From the NCBI GenBank assembly GCA_043797125.1, contig JAZDPX010000023.1, forward strand, positions 3,098-67,097: a stretch of DNA of 64,000 nt, given 5' to 3'. This DNA comes from Candidatus Omnitrophota bacterium (GTDB lineage: Bacteria > Omnitrophota > Gorgyraeia > JABMRG01 > JAFGKX01). Positions 1 through 10,590 of this stretch are shown here, piece by piece (the stretch's first letter is position 1; every line of letters begins with the position of its first letter). Made by a program: the position numbers and the translations under genes. Below the pieces are notes generated by a model. It searched no databases and was not told where the DNA came from. It saw nothing but the letters and a program-made list of their open reading frames with translations.

Positions 1-625
1 AAAAAATGTGGATTGTCTTGGAATAAAGGCAGATGTTATGATTGAGACAGATATAAAAAGGGTCGTAGAGGCTATCATAAAAAAATGGGGGACCATTCAT
101 ATTTTAGTTAATAATGTAGGCGGAGGGGGAAGATGGGGAAGCGAGATTGTCGAAGAGACGCCAGAGCAGGTTTGGACAGATGTTTTTAATAAGAACGCTT
201 TAGCAGCCATACGTTTTACCATGCTTGTAATTCCATATATGCGAAAACAAAAATGGGGGAGAGTGATTACTATTAGTTCGATAGTTGGTCGTGAGGGCGG
301 AGGAAGGCCATGGTATAACATGGCAAAGTGCGCAGAGATTAGTTTGATGAAGACTTTAGCGATGAATCATAGTCTATCCAGGGATGGTATAACATTTAAT
401 AGCATTGCTCCAGGGGTTATTAGCATTCCTGATGCAGGGCTGGAGGAAAACCGCAAGAAAGACCCAGAAGGTTTTCAGAAGTTAATCGATACGCAATTAC
501 CTTTAGGCCGGCCTGGTACGCCAGAGGAAGTAGCCTTTGTGGTAGCTTTTGTTTGTTCTGAGAAAGCAACCCTAGTTAACGGAGCATCAATTCCTGTGGA
601 TGGCGCTGAAGGGAGGAGTTTTTGA
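1..625 (+). CDS. SDR-family oxidoreductase (FabG-like), 5'-truncated at window edge
   Basis: ILVNNVG, YxxxK (YNMAK), NSIAPG, GRPGTPEEVA, VDG motifs; N-terminal GxxxGxG missing so start lies upstream. Confidence 0.85.
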   Translation, partial: KNVDCLGIKADVMIETDIKRVVEAIIKKWGTIHILVNNVGGGGRWGSEIVEETPEQVWTDVFNKNALAAIRFTMLVIPYMRKQKWGRVITISSIVGREGGGRPWYNMAKCAEISLMKTLAMNHSLSRDGITFNSIAPGVISIPDAGLEENRKKDPEGFQKLIDTQLPLGRPGTPEEVAFVVAFVCSEKATLVNGASIPVDGAEGRSF

Positions 626-1593
626 TTGCTAATGAAAAAATGGATTTTCTTAAAGACAAGAAGATTTTGATAACCGGAGCCACAGGATTAGTAGGAACAA
701 ATGCCTTGATGAGGTTTAAAAGAAGGCCTGATATTAAGGTGAGGGCCGTATATCATGCCAGAGAACCGCATGTTTTCTCAAATAACATATCCTATGTGAA
801 AGCAGACCTAACTAATTTTGCAGACTGCAAGAGAGTTGTCGAAGGCATTGACTATGTAATGATGTTTGCAGCAAAAATTAACAGGAGAGGTTCGGACCCA
901 ACCTATCTAGTGCCAAATTTTCTTATGAATTTTTGCATGTTAGAAGCAGCTTATCAAGAAGGCGTTAAGAAACTTCTTTGGTTAAGCAGCGTTACTGCCT
1001 ATCCTCCTTCGGATAAGCCACTGAAGGAAGAGCAGATGTTTAAGTCCGATCCCTGCGACTTTTATTTTCCTTTGGGCTGGATGACTAGATATATTGAAAT
1101 TTTATGCAGGATGTACGCCACAAAGCTTAAAAGACAAATGACGACAATCATATTTCGCTCAACAGCTATTTACGGTGAATATGGAGACTTTGAACTTTCT
1201 ACTTGTCATGTTCTTTCCGCATTAATTAGAAAGGTGGTTGAAAGGCATAGGCCTTTAGAAATCTGGGGGACAGGCGAGGCAAAAAGGGATTTTATCTATG
1301 TTGGCGATGTTGTAGACGCCTGTTTTTTAGCATTAGAGAAAGTAAATACTTTTAATGAATTTAATATTGGTCTTGGTCAATCTTATAGCGTAAAGGAAAT
1401 TTTAGACCTAATTTTAGATATTGATAATTATAATAATGCATCAATAATATTTGATAAATCGAAGAGCGAAAAAGATATTTCTATTTTTGTTGACTGTACA
1501 AAAACAAAAGAGGTGCTTGGTTTTGAGGCAAAGACTGCTATAATAGAAGGCGTGCGTAAAACGATAGAATGGTACAAGGAATCCATCGGGTAG
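622..1593 (+). CDS. NAD-dependent sugar epimerase/reductase, GDP-L-fucose synthase-like
   Basis: ITGATGLVG, WGTGEAKRDFIYV, HVLSALIRK; catalytic YxxxK replaced (LGWMT); start may be ATG 640. Confidence 0.8.
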   Translation: MIANEKMDFLKDKKILITGATGLVGTNALMRFKRRPDIKVRAVYHAREPHVFSNNISYVKADLTNFADCKRVVEGIDYVMMFAAKINRRGSDPTYLVPNFLMNFCMLEAAYQEGVKKLLWLSSVTAYPPSDKPLKEEQMFKSDPCDFYFPLGWMTRYIEILCRMYATKLKRQMTTIIFRSTAIYGEYGDFELSTCHVLSALIRKVVERHRPLEIWGTGEAKRDFIYVGDVVDACFLALEKVNTFNEFNIGLGQSYSVKEILDLILDIDNYNNASIIFDKSKSEKDISIFVDCTKTKEVLGFEAKTAIIEGVRKTIEWYKESIG

Positions 1594-1622
1594 AATTCTG
1601 GAAGAAAGAGGCGCGATAATAC

Positions 1623-2933
1623 ATGTTTTCAGTTGGCATTATTATTCCGAGTTGGCATTACTGGAATAGCCCTTGCCGCATACAGCCGTTGTATGAACTG
1701 TATTTTGCCACTATAATAGATTCTCGCCTTTCGGCAGAGAACGTGGATACGGGTATCATCGATTTACGCGGCATCCGATTAGATCAACAGATTTATCATA
1801 TACCCGAACGCGATTTATATCTTTATTGGATTGCTAAAACAGCAGATTACAGTGGGATTCAAACAATAGTCACGCAACTTAAATTAATCTATCCAAAAGC
1901 AAAACATGTTGCAGGGGGCACGCATATTGATGTGTTCCCAGAAGAAAGTTCTCAGGATTTTGATGCGGTAGTTGTGGGTCCTGGCGAAGAATCCTTTATT
2001 AATATTATAAATGATTGTCGCAAAGGTTTGTTAAATAAAATATATAAAACGGATTATAAAAATGTTCAATATAATGATTATCCATATATAAGGCGCCATT
2101 ACCTTCCCGAGTCGGCCATTGTGAACAATTTGCTCTTTGAGAGATACGGTGAAAACATTAGAAGCACCTGCGTGCTTTTTTCACGCGGTTGCTGCTTTAG
2201 GTGCAAATTTTGTGCTTATAATATTCCTTCATTTATTCAGATGCGAAGCCCAAAATCAATTAAAGAAGAAATAAAATATCTTAAGGAAGAATATAATGTC
2301 CAGGCAATCAATTTAAAAGATGAGATATGTATTCCCGTTTCCCGTGAAGTTGCCATTCCTTTTCTAGAGTCAATTAGGGACTCGCAAATTATGTGGAGAG
2401 GCCAGACTGCCATTGTAGGAATAACTGAAGAAAAAATAGCCTTAGCGAGGAAATCCGGATGCGTAGAACTTGCTGTGGGAGTAGAGAGTGTATCGCAACA
2501 GGTTTTGGATATTATAGATAAGAAAATTAGCATTCAAGATGTAAAAAACTTTATCAAGCTTTGCAAAAAATACAGCATCAAAGTAAAAATGTGCCTTATT
2601 TTTGGCCTGCCCGGCGAACCGCGGGACATTGTAGAAATGACGCGCTCATTTATTGAAGAGAACAAACCCGATTATGTAAGCCTATCAGGATTGTCTCCGA
2701 TGCCGGGTTCGGAAATATACAACAACTATCGCTATTATGGCATTAAATGTATAGAAACCGATTGGGATAAATATGCGCACTTGCTTTATAGGTTTTCTGA
2801 TTATGAAGAAGTTGGACTTCCTTATGAATACGAAGAAAGCAACAGGTGGGGCAAGACATTTTTTAGGGAAGAGATAATTGAAAATATTCGCCAGCTACAA
2901 CGATACTGCAGAGAACGCAATATGGCATATTAG
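1623..2933 (+). CDS. B12-binding-type radical SAM protein
   Basis: AGGTH...GPGE N-terminal motif, SRGCCFRCKFC (CxxxCxxC), GVES, FGLPGE, PMPGS. Confidence 0.85.
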   Translation: MFSVGIIIPSWHYWNSPCRIQPLYELYFATIIDSRLSAENVDTGIIDLRGIRLDQQIYHIPERDLYLYWIAKTADYSGIQTIVTQLKLIYPKAKHVAGGTHIDVFPEESSQDFDAVVVGPGEESFINIINDCRKGLLNKIYKTDYKNVQYNDYPYIRRHYLPESAIVNNLLFERYGENIRSTCVLFSRGCCFRCKFCAYNIPSFIQMRSPKSIKEEIKYLKEEYNVQAINLKDEICIPVSREVAIPFLESIRDSQIMWRGQTAIVGITEEKIALARKSGCVELAVGVESVSQQVLDIIDKKISIQDVKNFIKLCKKYSIKVKMCLIFGLPGEPRDIVEMTRSFIEENKPDYVSLSGLSPMPGSEIYNNYRYYGIKCIETDWDKYAHLLYRFSDYEEVGLPYEYEESNRWGKTFFREEIIENIRQLQRYCRERNMAY

Positions 2934-2969
2934 TTATTAAAAGAGAAAGTGTTTTTTGTTAATTACATT

Positions 2970-3638
2970 ATGAAAACTTCATTGGTTATTTATACATTAA
3001 ATGAAATAGATGGAATGAGAGTCATTATGCCGGAGATTAAAAAGGACTGGTATGATGAATTGATCATCTTTGACGCCGATTCAAGTGACGGCACAATTGA
3101 ATACGCAAAAGAACATGGTTACCCTATATTTATCCAGAAGGAGAAAGGCGCAGGTGCAGCCTTTTTGGAGTCATTACAGCAGGTAACCGGCGACATAATT
3201 ATTGCTTTTAGCCCTGACGGAAATTCAATTCCTGAAAAAATACCGGAGCTGGTTACGAAGATTAAAGAAGGTTACGATATAGTTATTGCCTCTAGGTATT
3301 TCAAAGATGCAAAAAGTTATGATGACAATGCTGTTACCGCCTTTGGGAACCATATGTTTACTTGGCTAATAAATTTTTTATTCGGTTCAAATATAACAGA
3401 TTCTTTGGTGATGTTTCGCGCTTATAGGAAAGACGCGCTGAATAAACTGCATATAGATGCGAAGAATACATCATGTGGCACTCAGATTTTACTCAGGGCG
3501 ATAAAGAAGAAATTGAAAATAGCGGAAATTCCAGGAGATGAACCGCCAAGGATAGGCGGGAAAAGCAAGATGAGTCCTATAAGAAACGGGTTGCGTGAGT
3601 TATGGGCCATCTTAAAAGAATTTTTTATTCGGGGTTAA
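2970..3638 (+). CDS. GT2 glycosyltransferase (polyprenol-phosphate sugar synthase-like)
   Basis: TLNE, DADSSDGT, SPDG, IVIASRY, RIGGKSK; ATG 2970 preferred over GTG 2949. Confidence 0.85.
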   Translation: MKTSLVIYTLNEIDGMRVIMPEIKKDWYDELIIFDADSSDGTIEYAKEHGYPIFIQKEKGAGAAFLESLQQVTGDIIIAFSPDGNSIPEKIPELVTKIKEGYDIVIASRYFKDAKSYDDNAVTAFGNHMFTWLINFLFGSNITDSLVMFRAYRKDALNKLHIDAKNTSCGTQILLRAIKKKLKIAEIPGDEPPRIGGKSKMSPIRNGLRELWAILKEFFIRG

Positions 3639-3655
3639 TGCGCGGGGATTATACG

Positions 3656-4597
3656 ATGGAAAAAAAGGCAAAAATTTATATTGCGGGTCACGAAGGCTTA
3701 ATCGGGTCCGCAATCGTTAATAAATTAAACAAGGAAGGCTGCCGTAACCTGATTACAAGACCCCACAAGAAACTTGATTTGGTTTGCCAACAGGATGTAG
3801 AGAAATTTTTCCGAAAAGAACAACCCGAATATGTTATTATGGCAGCGGGAAAAGTCGGCGGAATCAATGCAAACATTAATTATCCTGCGCAGTTTATCTA
3901 TGAAAACCTTGCTATTCAGAACAATATCATTCATTTCTCTTATAAATACAAAGCGAAAAAACTCCTGTTTCTCGCAGGCGCCTGTTGCTATCCGCGTGAG
4001 TGCCCACAGCCCATAAAGGAAGAGTTTTTGCTCTCAGGAAAACTTGAGCCTACCAGCGAACCTTACGCAATTGCTAAAGTTGCTGGAATAACAACGTGTC
4101 AGGCATATAATACGCAGTATGGAGCAAACTTTATATCGGCCGTATCAACCAACGCCTACGGGCCCAATGATAATTTTGACCCCGAAGATTCCCATGTGAT
4201 TGCTGGCCTGATACGCAGATTCTATGAGGCCAAAATAAGCCGGCAGGATACCATAACAGTTTGGGGGACAGGGGAGCCGCTAAGAGATTTTATATATGTT
4301 GAGGACCTTGCAGATGCCTGCTTTTTTTTGTTGCGTAATTATAACGAACCGGAAATTATTAACATAGGCAGCGGCAAGGGCACATCGATAAAGGAACTTA
4401 GCTTTACCGTAAAAGAGGCGGTCGGATATAAGGGAAGGGTTGTCTTTGATGCATCAAAGCCCGACGGTGTGCCTCAAAAGGTACTTGATGTTTCCAAATC
4501 GAAGAATCTTGGCTGGCAGGCTAATATATCATTGAAGGAAGGCATTGCCAGAACATATGATTGGTTTCTTAAACATCCGGAGGCTGTTTCAAAATGA
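3656..4597 (+). CDS. fcl: GDP-L-fucose synthase
   Basis: IAGHEGLIG, AGKVGGINAN, CCYP, YAIAK, NAYGPNDNF, SHVI, WGTG..RDF, KPDG. Confidence 0.9.
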   Translation: MEKKAKIYIAGHEGLIGSAIVNKLNKEGCRNLITRPHKKLDLVCQQDVEKFFRKEQPEYVIMAAGKVGGINANINYPAQFIYENLAIQNNIIHFSYKYKAKKLLFLAGACCYPRECPQPIKEEFLLSGKLEPTSEPYAIAKVAGITTCQAYNTQYGANFISAVSTNAYGPNDNFDPEDSHVIAGLIRRFYEAKISRQDTITVWGTGEPLRDFIYVEDLADACFFLLRNYNEPEIINIGSGKGTSIKELSFTVKEAVGYKGRVVFDASKPDGVPQKVLDVSKSKNLGWQANISLKEGIARTYDWFLKHPEAVSK

Positions 4598-5553
4598 TGG
4601 AAAACTTTGATTCTAATCTGTCAGAAAGACTTTACCGCTCCTTATATCGGATACGCAGGACAGAAGAAGAGATAGCCCGTATCTATCCGATGGATAAAAT
4701 TAAAAGCCCTGTCCATTTATCAATTGGCCAGGAGGCTGTGTCTGTAGGTGTTTGCGAAACATTAAGGCCTGATGATGTGGTTTTCGGAACTTATAGAGGC
4801 CATGCGCTGTATCTTGCCAAAGGCGGGGATTTGAAGAAAATGCTCGCAGAGCTTTACGGAAAATTTACCGGCTGCGCAAAAGGCAAAGGCGGCTCCATGC
4901 ATCTTATTGATACTGACGCCGGAGTTGCCGGGACTTCGGCGATAGTAGCAACAACAATTCCCGTTGCCGTCGGCTACGCCTACGGATTAAAATATAAAAA
5001 TTCAGATTCCGTGACAGTAATCTTCTTTGGCGACGGCGCAGTAGATGAAGGCGCCTTTCATGAAAGTATGAATTTCGCCGCCCTTAAAAAGTTACCGGTC
5101 CTATTTGTTTGCGAAAATAACCTTTACGCGATACATTCTCATCACCTAAGCCGGCATCAGTCTGATAATATACCTGAGCGTGTAAGGATTTACGGAATGC
5201 CGGCTGAAAGGATAGAAAGCGGTGATATATTCAAAATATACGAAGCAGCAAAAAAATATGTCAAAAAGATAAGAAGCGGAGACGGTCCCGCATTTCTTGA
5301 GTGCGTGACCTGTAGGTGGAAGGAGCACGTCGGCCCTGGCGATGATTTTCATTTAGGATACAGGAGCGAAGAGGAAGTGCTCTTATGGAAGAGTAAAGAT
5401 GAGTTAGAAAGGCTAAGGAAACTTCTGGATGCAGAAGTTTTAAAAACAATAGAGCGCTCCGTTAAAGATGAAATAAGAGAGGCCTTTGAGTTTGCAGAGG
5501 AAAGCCCATTCCCTGAACAGGGAGCCCTCTACGAAGATTATTTTAAGGAATGA
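4594..5553 (+). CDS. TPP-dependent dehydrogenase E1 alpha subunit (glycan-locus copy 1)
   Basis: HLSIGQEA, YRGH, GKGGSMH, FFGDGA...ENN TPP motif. Confidence 0.9.
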   Translation: MMENFDSNLSERLYRSLYRIRRTEEEIARIYPMDKIKSPVHLSIGQEAVSVGVCETLRPDDVVFGTYRGHALYLAKGGDLKKMLAELYGKFTGCAKGKGGSMHLIDTDAGVAGTSAIVATTIPVAVGYAYGLKYKNSDSVTVIFFGDGAVDEGAFHESMNFAALKKLPVLFVCENNLYAIHSHHLSRHQSDNIPERVRIYGMPAERIESGDIFKIYEAAKKYVKKIRSGDGPAFLECVTCRWKEHVGPGDDFHLGYRSEEEVLLWKSKDELERLRKLLDAEVLKTIERSVKDEIREAFEFAEESPFPEQGALYEDYFKE

Positions 5554-5556
5554 AAT

Positions 5557-6600
5557 ATGGAACGAACCTTAAGTTATCCTGAGGCAATCTGCGAAGCAAT
5601 AGAGCAGGAAATGGCGCAGGATGCGTCGGTAATTGTGCTAGGCTTAGGCGTGGATGACCCCAAGGCAATCCTCGGGACAACTAAAGGGCTTGTGGGAAAA
5701 TTCGGCGCTAAGAGGGTTTTTGATACTCCTTTATCAGAAGATGGCATGACAGGAGTTGCTATCGGAGCTTCTTTGGCAGGTTTGCGGCCGATTCATGTCC
5801 ACTCCAGAATGGATTTTTTACTTCTTGCTATGAATCAAATTGTTAATATGGCTGCCAAGATGCATTATATGTTTGGCGGAAAGGTTTCTGTCCCTGTCGT
5901 TATCCGTTCGATAATTGGCAAAAGCTGGGGCCAGGGGCCACAGCACTCCCAGAGCCTATATCCTTTATTTATGAATATCCCCGGGCTTAAAATAGTGGCT
6001 CCTTCTACTCCATATGATGCAAAGGGATGCCTGATAGCCTCCATAAGAGATAACAATCCGGTTATCTTTATCGAGCATAGGCTTCTATACTATCAGAAAG
6101 GTTTCGTGCCACAGGAAGCCTATGCTGTGCCCTTTGGCAAGGCACGGATTTTTACCAAAGGTAATGATATTACCCTCGTGGGTGTTTCCTATATGGCGCT
6201 TGAGTGCTTGAGAGCTCATCGCTATTTGCGGGAGGTCGGCATAAAGGCCGAAGTTATAAATCCCGTATCTCTTGCCCCCCTAGATATAGACACAATTCAA
6301 AAATCGGTTTTAAAAACAAAAAGACTTATTGTTGTGGATAATGCGTGGATGAAATGCGGCGCAGGCGCAGAAATCATTACTCAGCTTTTTGAGAAAGACA
6401 TAGACAAGAATGTGGCTGTCCATAGAATGGGTTTTGCATTTGTTAGTTGCCCTACCACGCCGGCGCTTGAGGAACATTTTTATCCCAATGCGAAAAAGAT
6501 TGCCGCTAAGGCATACCAGATGCTTTATCCTGATAAAAAACCATGGCAGCCAACCTGCAAATTAGAGATAGAGGAGATAGAATTTAAAGGCCCATTTTAA
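5557..6600 (+). CDS. TPP-dependent dehydrogenase E1 beta subunit (copy 1)
   Basis: FDTPLSE, GLRPI, QHSQ, PYDAKG, PVIFIEH. Confidence 0.9.
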   Translation: MERTLSYPEAICEAIEQEMAQDASVIVLGLGVDDPKAILGTTKGLVGKFGAKRVFDTPLSEDGMTGVAIGASLAGLRPIHVHSRMDFLLLAMNQIVNMAAKMHYMFGGKVSVPVVIRSIIGKSWGQGPQHSQSLYPLFMNIPGLKIVAPSTPYDAKGCLIASIRDNNPVIFIEHRLLYYQKGFVPQEAYAVPFGKARIFTKGNDITLVGVSYMALECLRAHRYLREVGIKAEVINPVSLAPLDIDTIQKSVLKTKRLIVVDNAWMKCGAGAEIITQLFEKDIDKNVAVHRMGFAFVSCPTTPALEEHFYPNAKKIAAKAYQMLYPDKKPWQPTCKLEIEEIEFKGPF

Positions 6601-6625
6601 CAGCCAAACAGGAGGAAGCGGTATT

Positions 6626-7609
6626 ATGAAAATCTTGATTACAGGAGTAACGGGTTTTGTGGGGAGCCATCTGGCAGAATATATACTTAATCTTAATGAA
6701 AGGCATAAGGTGTATGGTTTATGCAGATGGCGAAGCCCTAAAGACAATCTGAAAGAAGTTCATGATAAGATTGTTCTGGCCGATGCGGATCTTTGCGATT
6801 TGGGTGTTTTGATATGCCGCCTTAAGTCCATAAAACCCGATATCATTTTTCATCTAGCTGCCCAAAGCGATGTATCAACCAGCTTTAGCTCCCCAATCCA
6901 GACACTATGGACAAATGTTATCGGGACGGCAAATCTTCTTGAGGCAGTAAGGATAGTGGAAATCGACCCCATTATCAATATCTGCAGTTCGTCGGAGGTT
7001 TACGGCCAGGTGAGTGAAACTGATGTGCCTATTAAGGAGACATGCCCTTTCAAGCCTGCCTCTGCTTATGCTGTGAGTAAAGTCGGTGAAGACATGATCG
7101 GTTTGCAATATTGGATTTCGTACAAGATTCGCACCATCCGCACGAGGATGTTTTCCCATACAGGTCCGAGAAGAGGCAGCGTATTTGCAATCTCTTCTTT
7201 TGCAAAGCAGATTGCAGCAGCAGAATTGGGCTTAGGAAAACAGGTTATTTATGCGGGTAATCTGGATTCTATTCGGACATTTTGCGATGTCAGAGATGCG
7301 GTAAGGGCATACTGGCTTCTGGTCAATAAATGCAGGCCCGGAGAGGTTTATAATATCGGCGGGAACAAGTCAGTGACAATAAAGGAGGCGTTGGATATAC
7401 TGCTATCTTTTTCTGATAAGAAATTCGAGGTTAAGGTTGACCCTCAACTTCTAAGGCCCTCAGATGTAACATTGCAGATACCCTGCGTGGATAAATTTAA
7501 GAACGAAACAGGATGGGAGCCGGAAATTCCCTTGGAGAAAACATTCAAGGACCTGTTAAATTACTGGAGAGAGGAAATTTCACACTGTCCATGGAAAGCC
7601 TCGTTTTGA
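6626..7609 (+). CDS. gmd: GDP-mannose 4,6-dehydratase family
   Basis: ITGVTGFVG, HLAAQS, SSSEVYG, YAVSK, HTGPRRG, LRPSDV. Confidence 0.85.
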   Translation: MKILITGVTGFVGSHLAEYILNLNERHKVYGLCRWRSPKDNLKEVHDKIVLADADLCDLGVLICRLKSIKPDIIFHLAAQSDVSTSFSSPIQTLWTNVIGTANLLEAVRIVEIDPIINICSSSEVYGQVSETDVPIKETCPFKPASAYAVSKVGEDMIGLQYWISYKIRTIRTRMFSHTGPRRGSVFAISSFAKQIAAAELGLGKQVIYAGNLDSIRTFCDVRDAVRAYWLLVNKCRPGEVYNIGGNKSVTIKEALDILLSFSDKKFEVKVDPQLLRPSDVTLQIPCVDKFKNETGWEPEIPLEKTFKDLLNYWREEISHCPWKASF

Positions 7610-7636
7610 ATAGATAATAGAGGAATTAATAAGAAG

Positions 7637-8623
7637 ATGTATAAAAATAAAAAGATATTGGTAACAGGCGGAACAGGCCTTATTGGTATCCCGCTCGCGG
7701 AGATGCTGATTAAGCAGGGAGCCAGGGTAAGGATTGCCTCTCTGGATAATCCTTCAAGAGCCCACCCTGAGGCAGAATTTATGCAAATCGATCTTACGAG
7801 TTTTGAGAATTGCAAAAGGGCCTGCAAAGGAATGGATTTTGTTTTTCATCTTGCCGGAATTAAAGGCTCTCCGGCAATGGCGTCAAAGAGACCCGCTAGT
7901 TTTTTTGTTCCGCTTTTACAGATGAATACCAGTATGATGGAGGCTGCCAGGCAATGTGGCGTAAAAAGATATCTTTACACCAGCACAATCGGCGTCTATT
8001 CTCCCGCCGAAGTTTTTTATGAAGATGACGTATGGAAGACATTCCCGTCGGAAAATGACAGATTCGCCGGATGGGCTAAGCGGATGGGTGAGCTTCAGGC
8101 AGAGGCATATAAAATTGAATATGGCTGGAGCGATATTGCCATTGTCAGACCGGCGAATGTCTATGGGCCCCATGACAACTTCAACCCGGACAATGCCATG
8201 GTCATTCCTTCTTTAATAAAACGCGCCATGGATGGCGAAAATCCCCTTAACGTATGGGGAGACGGCTCTGCTGTAAGAGATTTTATTCACGCAAAAGATG
8301 CTGCCAGAGGGATGTTGATTGCTCTTGAGAAGGGCATAGGCTGCGCCATAAACCTTGGCAGCGGCAAAGGTTTCTCCATCAGGGAAATTGTTGATATTAT
8401 TGTTAATAATATGAGGGCTAAGCCGGATGTGGTCTGGGACGCTTCAAAACCATCGGGCGATAAGAAAAGGGTAATGGATATATCAAAAGCCAGATCTATC
8501 GGGTTTCATCCCGAGATATCCATTAGCGATGGAATCAAAGAGACGATGGACTGGTATCAGAAAAACAAGTATAATGCGCATAAGAGATACAATATATTTA
8601 CGAAGGGACAAAGAAAGGGATGA
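7637..8623 (+). CDS. NAD-dependent epimerase/reductase, GDP-fucose synthase-like
   Basis: VTGGTGLIG, RPANVYGPHDNF, WGDGSAVRDF; AGWAK in place of YxxxK. Confidence 0.8.
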   Translation: MYKNKKILVTGGTGLIGIPLAEMLIKQGARVRIASLDNPSRAHPEAEFMQIDLTSFENCKRACKGMDFVFHLAGIKGSPAMASKRPASFFVPLLQMNTSMMEAARQCGVKRYLYTSTIGVYSPAEVFYEDDVWKTFPSENDRFAGWAKRMGELQAEAYKIEYGWSDIAIVRPANVYGPHDNFNPDNAMVIPSLIKRAMDGENPLNVWGDGSAVRDFIHAKDAARGMLIALEKGIGCAINLGSGKGFSIREIVDIIVNNMRAKPDVVWDASKPSGDKKRVMDISKARSIGFHPEISISDGIKETMDWYQKNKYNAHKRYNIFTKGQRKG

Positions 8624-9576
8624 AAAAAAAGATTCTAATATGCGGTGCCACAGGTTTTATTGGCAGAAATATTGCCGAGTTTTTTGCAAGAAAAGATAAT
8701 TTCCAAATTTACGGAACCTATCTTAAGTCAGAACCTTTAGATAATCCCAAAATCAAAATGATAAAAGCCGACCTTACCAATAATAATGATGTCAATAAGG
8801 CAATACGCGGAATGGATATTATTATTCAAGCGGCTGCGACTACTTCAGGCGCCAAGGATATCATTAACAGGCCATATTATCATGTTAGCGATAATGCTGT
8901 TATGAATTCGCTCATCTTCAGGTCTGCATACGAACATAAGGCATCGCATATAGTGTTTTTTAGCTGCACAGTTATGTATCAGTCAGGTGATAAGCCTGTT
9001 AAAGAAAGCGATTTTAACGCAAATAAGGAGATTTTCCCAAGTTACTTCGGTGTTGGATGGACAAAGGTTTATATCGAGAAAATGTGCGAGTTTTACTCGC
9101 GAATAGGGAATACCAAATTTACAGTAATCAGGCACTCCAACATATACGGACCGTATGATAGGTTTGACTTGGAGAGGTCTCATGTATTTGCAGCTACCAT
9201 TACCAAGGTTATGACTGCTGAAGAGGGAGAAAAGATTATTGTTTGGGGAAAAGGCGAAGAAAAAAGGGATTTGCTATACATTTCGGACCTCCTTCATTTC
9301 GTTGAGCTCGCCGTTGATAAACAGGAACCTAAATTCCAACTCTATAATGTAGGTTATGGCAGCTCTGTTTCGGTAAGCGAACTGGTCAAAAAGATTATTT
9401 CCTGCTCGGGCAAGAATATTAAGATACAATATGACCTTTCCAAACCAACCATTAAAACAAGCCTTTGCCTTGATATAACCAAAGCCAAGAAAACTCTGGG
9501 ATGGCTCCCTGAGGTTTCTTTGGATGAGGGGATACAGAAAACAATGCGGTGGTATAAATCTTATATCTCAGATTAG
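8620..9576 (+). CDS. NAD-dependent epimerase/reductase, GDP-fucose synthase-like
   Basis: ICGATGFIG, NIYGPYDRF, SHV, WGKGEEKRD; VGWTK in place of YxxxK. Confidence 0.8.
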   Translation: MKKKILICGATGFIGRNIAEFFARKDNFQIYGTYLKSEPLDNPKIKMIKADLTNNNDVNKAIRGMDIIIQAAATTSGAKDIINRPYYHVSDNAVMNSLIFRSAYEHKASHIVFFSCTVMYQSGDKPVKESDFNANKEIFPSYFGVGWTKVYIEKMCEFYSRIGNTKFTVIRHSNIYGPYDRFDLERSHVFAATITKVMTAEEGEKIIVWGKGEEKRDLLYISDLLHFVELAVDKQEPKFQLYNVGYGSSVSVSELVKKIISCSGKNIKIQYDLSKPTIKTSLCLDITKAKKTLGWLPEVSLDEGIQKTMRWYKSYISD

Positions 9577-9585
9577 GAGAAAGCT

Positions 9586-10590
9586 ATGATTATTAGCAGA
9601 ACACCTTTTCGCATATCATTTTTTGGAGGAGGAACAGATTATCCTGCCTGGTATGAAGAAAATGGCGGCATGGTGCTGGCAACCACCATAAACAAATATT
9701 GTTATATCTCATGCAGATATCTGCCTCCCTTTTTTGAATATAAATCAAGAATCCTCTATTCTCAGACAGAGAATATTAACCGCATTTCTGAAATTCGGCA
9801 CCCGTCTGTAAGGGAATGCTTACGATTTATGAAAATTAAAAAAGGGGTGGAGATTCATCAAGACGGAGATTTACCTGCCCGCACCGGCCTTGGTTCAAGC
9901 TCCTCTTTTACCGTCGGGCTGCTCCATACGCTATATGCCCTTAAAGGTATTATGCCCACAAAGAGACAGCTGGCGCTCGACGCCTTTCATCTTGAGCAGC
10001 ATGTGCTGAAGGAGAACGTAGGTTCTCAGGATCAGGTTTTGGCTGCCTTCGGCGGATTTAATCTGATAGAGTTTGGGGGGCCGCAACATTTTCATGTCCG
10101 GCCCGTTACCGTCTCGCCTCACAGATTAGTTTTGCTCCAGAAGCACCTGATGCTTTTTTTTACCGGTTTTACACGGAAGGCCTCTGAGATTGCCGCAGAG
10201 CAGATTAAAAACATGCCGCGAAAAAAGAAAGAATTAAAAGCGATGCTTCAATTGTTAGAGAGAGCCTTGAAAGTTTTAAACAGCGATACCGATATCGCCA
10301 AATTCGGAAAAATTTTGCATGAGAACTGGCAAATCAAGCGCCGCCTATCAGCAAAAATATCCACTCCGGCCATAGATGAGATTTACTCTACTGCTTTGCG
10401 CGCAGGCGCTTTAGGCGGAAAGCTATTAGGCGCCGGAGGCGGCGGTTTTATGTTGCTCTTTGCAGAGCCGGATGCCCAGCCTAAAATAAGGAAAAAACTA
10501 AAGGATATTCTGTATGTGCCTTTTCGGTTTGAGAACTTAGGCACCCAAATTATTTTTAACACTCCATATGAGCTTTTGGGAGAGGCTTAA
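9586..10590 (+). CDS. hddA: GHMP sugar kinase, D-glycero-D-manno-heptose-7-phosphate kinase-like
   Basis: RTPFRISFFGGGTD, PARTGLGSSS, GSQDQ, GGKLLGAGGGG. Confidence 0.85.
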   Translation: MIISRTPFRISFFGGGTDYPAWYEENGGMVLATTINKYCYISCRYLPPFFEYKSRILYSQTENINRISEIRHPSVRECLRFMKIKKGVEIHQDGDLPARTGLGSSSSFTVGLLHTLYALKGIMPTKRQLALDAFHLEQHVLKENVGSQDQVLAAFGGFNLIEFGGPQHFHVRPVTVSPHRLVLLQKHLMLFFTGFTRKASEIAAEQIKNMPRKKKELKAMLQLLERALKVLNSDTDIAKFGKILHENWQIKRRLSAKISTPAIDEIYSTALRAGALGGKLLGAGGGGFMLLFAEPDAQPKIRKKLKDILYVPFRFENLGTQIIFNTPYELLGEA

